Origin: Deltaproteobacteria bacterium
GTDB taxonomy: Bacteria > Myxococcota > Kuafuiibacteriia > Kuafuiibacteriales > Kuafuiibacteriaceae
Assembly (NCBI GenBank): GCA_040218735.1
Contig: JAVJQW010000046.1
Coordinates: 346,361 to 410,360 of the forward strand
Length of the DNA: 64,000 nucleotides
Direction: 5' to 3'
Shown here in pieces: positions 60,559 to 64,000 of the stretch; position 1 is the stretch's first letter, and each line of letters begins with the position of its first letter. The notes under the pieces were generated by a model that was given only the letters and a program-made list of their open reading frames with translations, did no database searches and was not told the origin of the DNA. The translations under genes and the position numbers were made by a program.

Positions 60559-60771
60559 ATGTTTGGAACCGCAAACGCACCCGAGACCTCCCGTGACGCC
60601 GAGGCGTCCCAGCTTCGCGTCCTCGACGACGCCATGGCCGTCCAGATCAACGCGCGGTCGGCTTACGTCGCAGAAATCAAGGCGGCGGTTGAAAATGGAA
60701 CATATCGGCCGAACTTGAAGGTGGTGGCGGAGCGTCTGCTGACGGATCTCGCCACCCCCTACGATCGATGA
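60559..60771 (+). CDS. flgM: Anti-sigma28 factor FlgM
   Basis: RSAYVAEIKAAVENGTY....VAERL C-terminal motif. Confidence 0.82.
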   Translation: MFGTANAPETSRDAEASQLRVLDDAMAVQINARSAYVAEIKAAVENGTYRPNLKVVAERLLTDLATPYDR

Positions 60772-61259
60772 ACGCCACCACCCACGACCAAGCCACCTCC
60801 CTTCTGGGCACCCTCGAAGACGAAATCGAGCTCCTCGACGAGTTGTCGACGCTGTCGGCAGCCGCACGGGATGCTGCGCTCGAACCCGACGGTGAAAAGC
60901 TCGCGCCGATCCTCGAGCGCAAGACCGAGATCACGAGCGTCCTCGCCGGACGCCGGGACACGCGGGCGAAGCTGTTGGCCGACGCGGGACACGGAGAGAA
61001 CGACCTCCTCGTCTACCTGCTCGGCCTCTGCGCGAAGGAGGACCACCCCGCGGTGGTGCAGCTGATGTCGCACTACGTCGACACGCAGACGAAGACGGCG
61101 GAGGAGATCTCGCGGACGCGTGACTTCTTCGAGGTGGCTTTGGACCTGGTGGAGGAGATGCGCGAGGCGATCGTCCCGCGCGACGAAGTCACCACCTACG
61201 ACCCCACGGGCTCGACGGAAGCGCCTGTGATTCCCATCGCGCTCTCGCAGCTCACCTGA
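60768..61259 (+). CDS. flgN: FlgN-like export chaperone
   Basis: Helical protein with C-terminal TYDPTG; between flgM and flgK. Confidence 0.7.
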   Translation: MNATTHDQATSLLGTLEDEIELLDELSTLSAAARDAALEPDGEKLAPILERKTEITSVLAGRRDTRAKLLADAGHGENDLLVYLLGLCAKEDHPAVVQLMSHYVDTQTKTAEEISRTRDFFEVALDLVEEMREAIVPRDEVTTYDPTGSTEAPVIPIALSQLT

Positions 61260-61271
61260 GGATCACCGGCC

Positions 61272-62648
61272 ATGTCGCTCCTCTCCATCCTACGGATCGG
61301 ACAGTCCGGAACCACCGTCAGCCAGACGGCGGTTCGTGTCGCGGGTGACAACGTCGCCAACGCGAGCACGCCCGGTTACCGGCGGCGTGAGCTCGCGATT
61401 CAGTCGACGCCCGGCTACCGCTCGGGCGGCTTGATGCTCGGTGCGGGCGCGCGCGTCGACGATCAGATTCGGCTCGCGAACGACGTGATGTCGGCGCGCC
61501 TCCGCCTCGCGGGCTCGGACGCCGCGGCGGCGGACGTTCGCTCCGAGATCCTGCAGCGCGCCAACAACGTGCTCGGCGAGGTCGGGCAAGAAGGCCTCAC
61601 CAGCGCGCTCGACAAGCTCCTCACTTCGTTCGACGCACTCGCGGCGACACCGCACGACCTCACGGTGCGCAACGACGTCCTCGCGGCCGCGGAGGACTTC
61701 GTCTACCAGGTCAACACCACCGCCACCGAGGTGGGGCGCATCGCCGCCGACGTGAACTCCGAGATCGCCGTGGAGATCCAGCAGCTCGGCGCGATGCTGT
61801 CGGAGCTCGAGCAGCTCGACGACCGTCTACCGTTGAAGGACGCCTCCGATTTCGATCGGCGCGACGTATTGCTCCAGGAGATCTCCGAGATCGCCGACAC
61901 CAACGTGGTCTTCGACGCGAACGGGCGACCCACGATCTATCTGTCGAGCGTCGGCACCGCGATCTTCTCCGACGGCGTCGCGTCCAACGTGGGAACGACG
62001 ATCGCCGCGGGGGGCACGCGCCGCGTCACGGTGCAGACCTCCGCGGGCACCGTCGACGTCACCTCGAACATCGGCGGGAAGATCGGCGGGCTGGTGCAGG
62101 CGCGTGACGTCGACGTCGCGGGTTTCGGGACGGACCTCGACAACGCCGTCTTCGAGATCGCCAACGCGATCAACGCGATTCACTCGGCGGGGTTCGGTCT
62201 CGACGCCGTCGGTGGACGCAACCTGTTCACGGTCGGCGCGACGGCGCCGGGCACGGCTCAGCTCATCACCGTGGACCCCGCGATCACCGGTCAACCCGAT
62301 CGGCTCGCCGCCGCGACGGACCCGCTGTTGGTCCCCGGCGACAACCGCAACGCACTTCAGCTCGCGCAGCTTCGAGAGACGCCGCTCGCGAGCGGGTATC
62401 GAGCGCAGGATTCGCTCAATAACGTCATCAGCACTTTCGGACTCACGGTGTATCGCGCGGATCGCGCGACGGAGTCCTTGCGGGACACGAAGGATCGACT
62501 GGCGATCATGCACGATCAGCTGGTGGGCGTGTCCATCGATGAAGAGATGACCAAGCTCATGCAGTATCAGCAGACCTACGCGGCGGCGGCCTCCGTCGTG
62601 CGTACGGCCGACGAGCTGTTGAGCGAGCTCATCTCGTTGAAGAGGTAG
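61272..62648 (+). CDS. flgK: Hook-associated protein FlgK
   Basis: NVANASTPGYRR, GDNRNA, GVSIDEEM..L..YQQ.Y.A. Confidence 0.92.
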   Translation: MSLLSILRIGQSGTTVSQTAVRVAGDNVANASTPGYRRRELAIQSTPGYRSGGLMLGAGARVDDQIRLANDVMSARLRLAGSDAAAADVRSEILQRANNVLGEVGQEGLTSALDKLLTSFDALAATPHDLTVRNDVLAAAEDFVYQVNTTATEVGRIAADVNSEIAVEIQQLGAMLSELEQLDDRLPLKDASDFDRRDVLLQEISEIADTNVVFDANGRPTIYLSSVGTAIFSDGVASNVGTTIAAGGTRRVTVQTSAGTVDVTSNIGGKIGGLVQARDVDVAGFGTDLDNAVFEIANAINAIHSAGFGLDAVGGRNLFTVGATAPGTAQLITVDPAITGQPDRLAAATDPLLVPGDNRNALQLAQLRETPLASGYRAQDSLNNVISTFGLTVYRADRATESLRDTKDRLAIMHDQLVGVSIDEEMTKLMQYQQTYAAAASVVRTADELLSELISLKR

Positions 62649-62658
62649 GAACCCAGCC

Positions 62659-63540
62659 ATGCGAGTGACCACGAGCTCCATCTACGAATCAGCCCGCCAG
62701 CAGGTGGGCGTCGGACAGAAGCAGGCCGCAGATCTGCGCGACGCGATCTCGACCGGTGTGAAGGTCGAGACGTTCGCAGACGACCCTCAAGCCGCGTACC
62801 GAATCGTTCGCGACACGGGGCGGCTCGCCGATATCGAAGCGCACCGCGGCTCACTGAGCCGCGTCGGGACGCTGCTTGGTGTGTCCGAGAACCAGCTCGA
62901 CAACGCGGCGAACGTCATCAACCGCGTGCGAGAGCTCGCGACGCAGATGGCGAGCGACACGTACAACGCCTCCAACCGGACGGTCGCAGCGGACGAGATC
63001 GTGCAGCTTCGCGCGCATCTCGTGTCGATCGCGAACTCTCGCGCCGACGGCCGCTACATCTTCGGCGGTATCGGCAACGCCGCCCCGCCGTTCGACGCGG
63101 CCGGGAACTTCGGCGGGGACACGAACACCCTCACCGTCGCGGTCACGCGCACGCTGACCATGTCCGCGACGCTCCCCGGCGGCGAGCCCTTCGAGGATCC
63201 GTCGGGCGGGCCTTCGGTGTTCCAGACCCTCGACGCGATCGAGGTCGCGCTACGCGCGGACAACGGTCGGGCGGTCGGCGCGTTGGTCGACGAGGTCGTC
63301 ACCCACCACGACCGGCTCACCGTGTCGCAGCAGCAGCTCGGCGGCCTCTTCCGCCGGATCGACACGGTCAGCGAGGCGCTCGATCGGACCGAGCTCGCGA
63401 CCACGGAGACCCTCTCCGCGGCGCGCGACACGGACTTCGCGACGGCGATCCTCTCCCTGACCCAGACCGAAGAGAGCCTGCGCGCCGCGCTCGCGACGAC
63501 CGCGCGCATCGACCAGCTGAGCCTGTTGAACTACATCTAG
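62659..63540 (+). CDS. flgL: Hook-associated protein FlgL
   Basis: ISTG...DDP, ANS...GRYIFGG, LSLLNY; follows flgK. Confidence 0.9.
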   Translation: MRVTTSSIYESARQQVGVGQKQAADLRDAISTGVKVETFADDPQAAYRIVRDTGRLADIEAHRGSLSRVGTLLGVSENQLDNAANVINRVRELATQMASDTYNASNRTVAADEIVQLRAHLVSIANSRADGRYIFGGIGNAAPPFDAAGNFGGDTNTLTVAVTRTLTMSATLPGGEPFEDPSGGPSVFQTLDAIEVALRADNGRAVGALVDEVVTHHDRLTVSQQQLGGLFRRIDTVSEALDRTELATTETLSAARDTDFATAILSLTQTEESLRAALATTARIDQLSLLNYI

Positions 63541-64000
63541 ACCCAATGCCGTTCACTTAGCGGAGCTGACCCGCCTGGAAATGGCGTAGGCGGGGAATGA
63601 CGCGCCCGACGCACCTTGGAACCATCGCTCGACGCTGGTGTCCGGCCGGCCCGCGCGGCCCGCGCTCCACGTAGGCAGGAGGTCGGCGGTCGGCTCCGCT
63701 CGATGGTCGGCGGCACTTGCGATGCTCCCCATGCAGCGCTTGCGGCGCGGTCATCCCCTGATGGATCTTCGAGGCCTCGCGCGCGAGTAGCCCACGCCGC
63801 CTTCGACGCGTTCACGAGACCACTGGATTGCGCCGGCGGCGGTCGAGGGCTGCGATGGACCCGTGAGGTTCGCCGGCTGGTCAAGGGGGATGGCCGGTCG
63901 CGCAAGTTGAGTTGCAGGTGCGGTTTCTTTTTCTCTCTTGGGGATTGACGGAATTGGAGGCCCTGTCCGGGCCATCTCCTCGACGAACGCAGTCCGTTTC

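Noticed and set aside
62659-63540. Flagellin call
   Set aside because: Position after flgK and the GRYIFGG / SLLNY motifs indicate FlgL.

Overview
A GC-rich bacterial window. Gene content (RedB-like protein, pseudo-receiver/TPR protein, CarA/CarH-type carotenoid control) suggests a Myxococcota or deltaproteobacterial lineage; this is inference. Layout: (1) 1-12 kb has a membrane sensor plus RedB-like pair, a CoA-dependent catabolic cassette (SDR, RidA, enoyl-CoA hydratase, acyl-CoA dehydrogenase), ffh, ddl and a C-terminal protease. (2) 13-24 kb is a divergent carotenoid cluster (crtC, GT2, crtD-like on minus; cyclase, crtE, crtI, crtB, hydrolase, B12-binding MerR regulator on plus) with a candidate operator. 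(3) A PPi-type pfk and an APC permease follow. (4) An MNIO (DUF692) RiPP system has a lipoprotein precursor carrying four KHxCxGxNxCKGxGGC repeats; the only DUF2063 partner gene in the window lies about 13.5 kb away, at the end of the carotenoid operon. (5) 28-63.5 kb is a nearly complete flagellar hook/basal-body/export cluster; flagellin, fliD/fliS and motAB are not in the window. It includes a 994-aa repeat-bearing FliK-like protein, a relocated fliJ-like gene, a degenerate sigma54-activator domain, a FlgJ-M23 fusion, and readable sigma54 and sigma28 promoter motifs that hint at an unusual regulatory hierarchy. All calls come from motif recognition only; no database searches were run.
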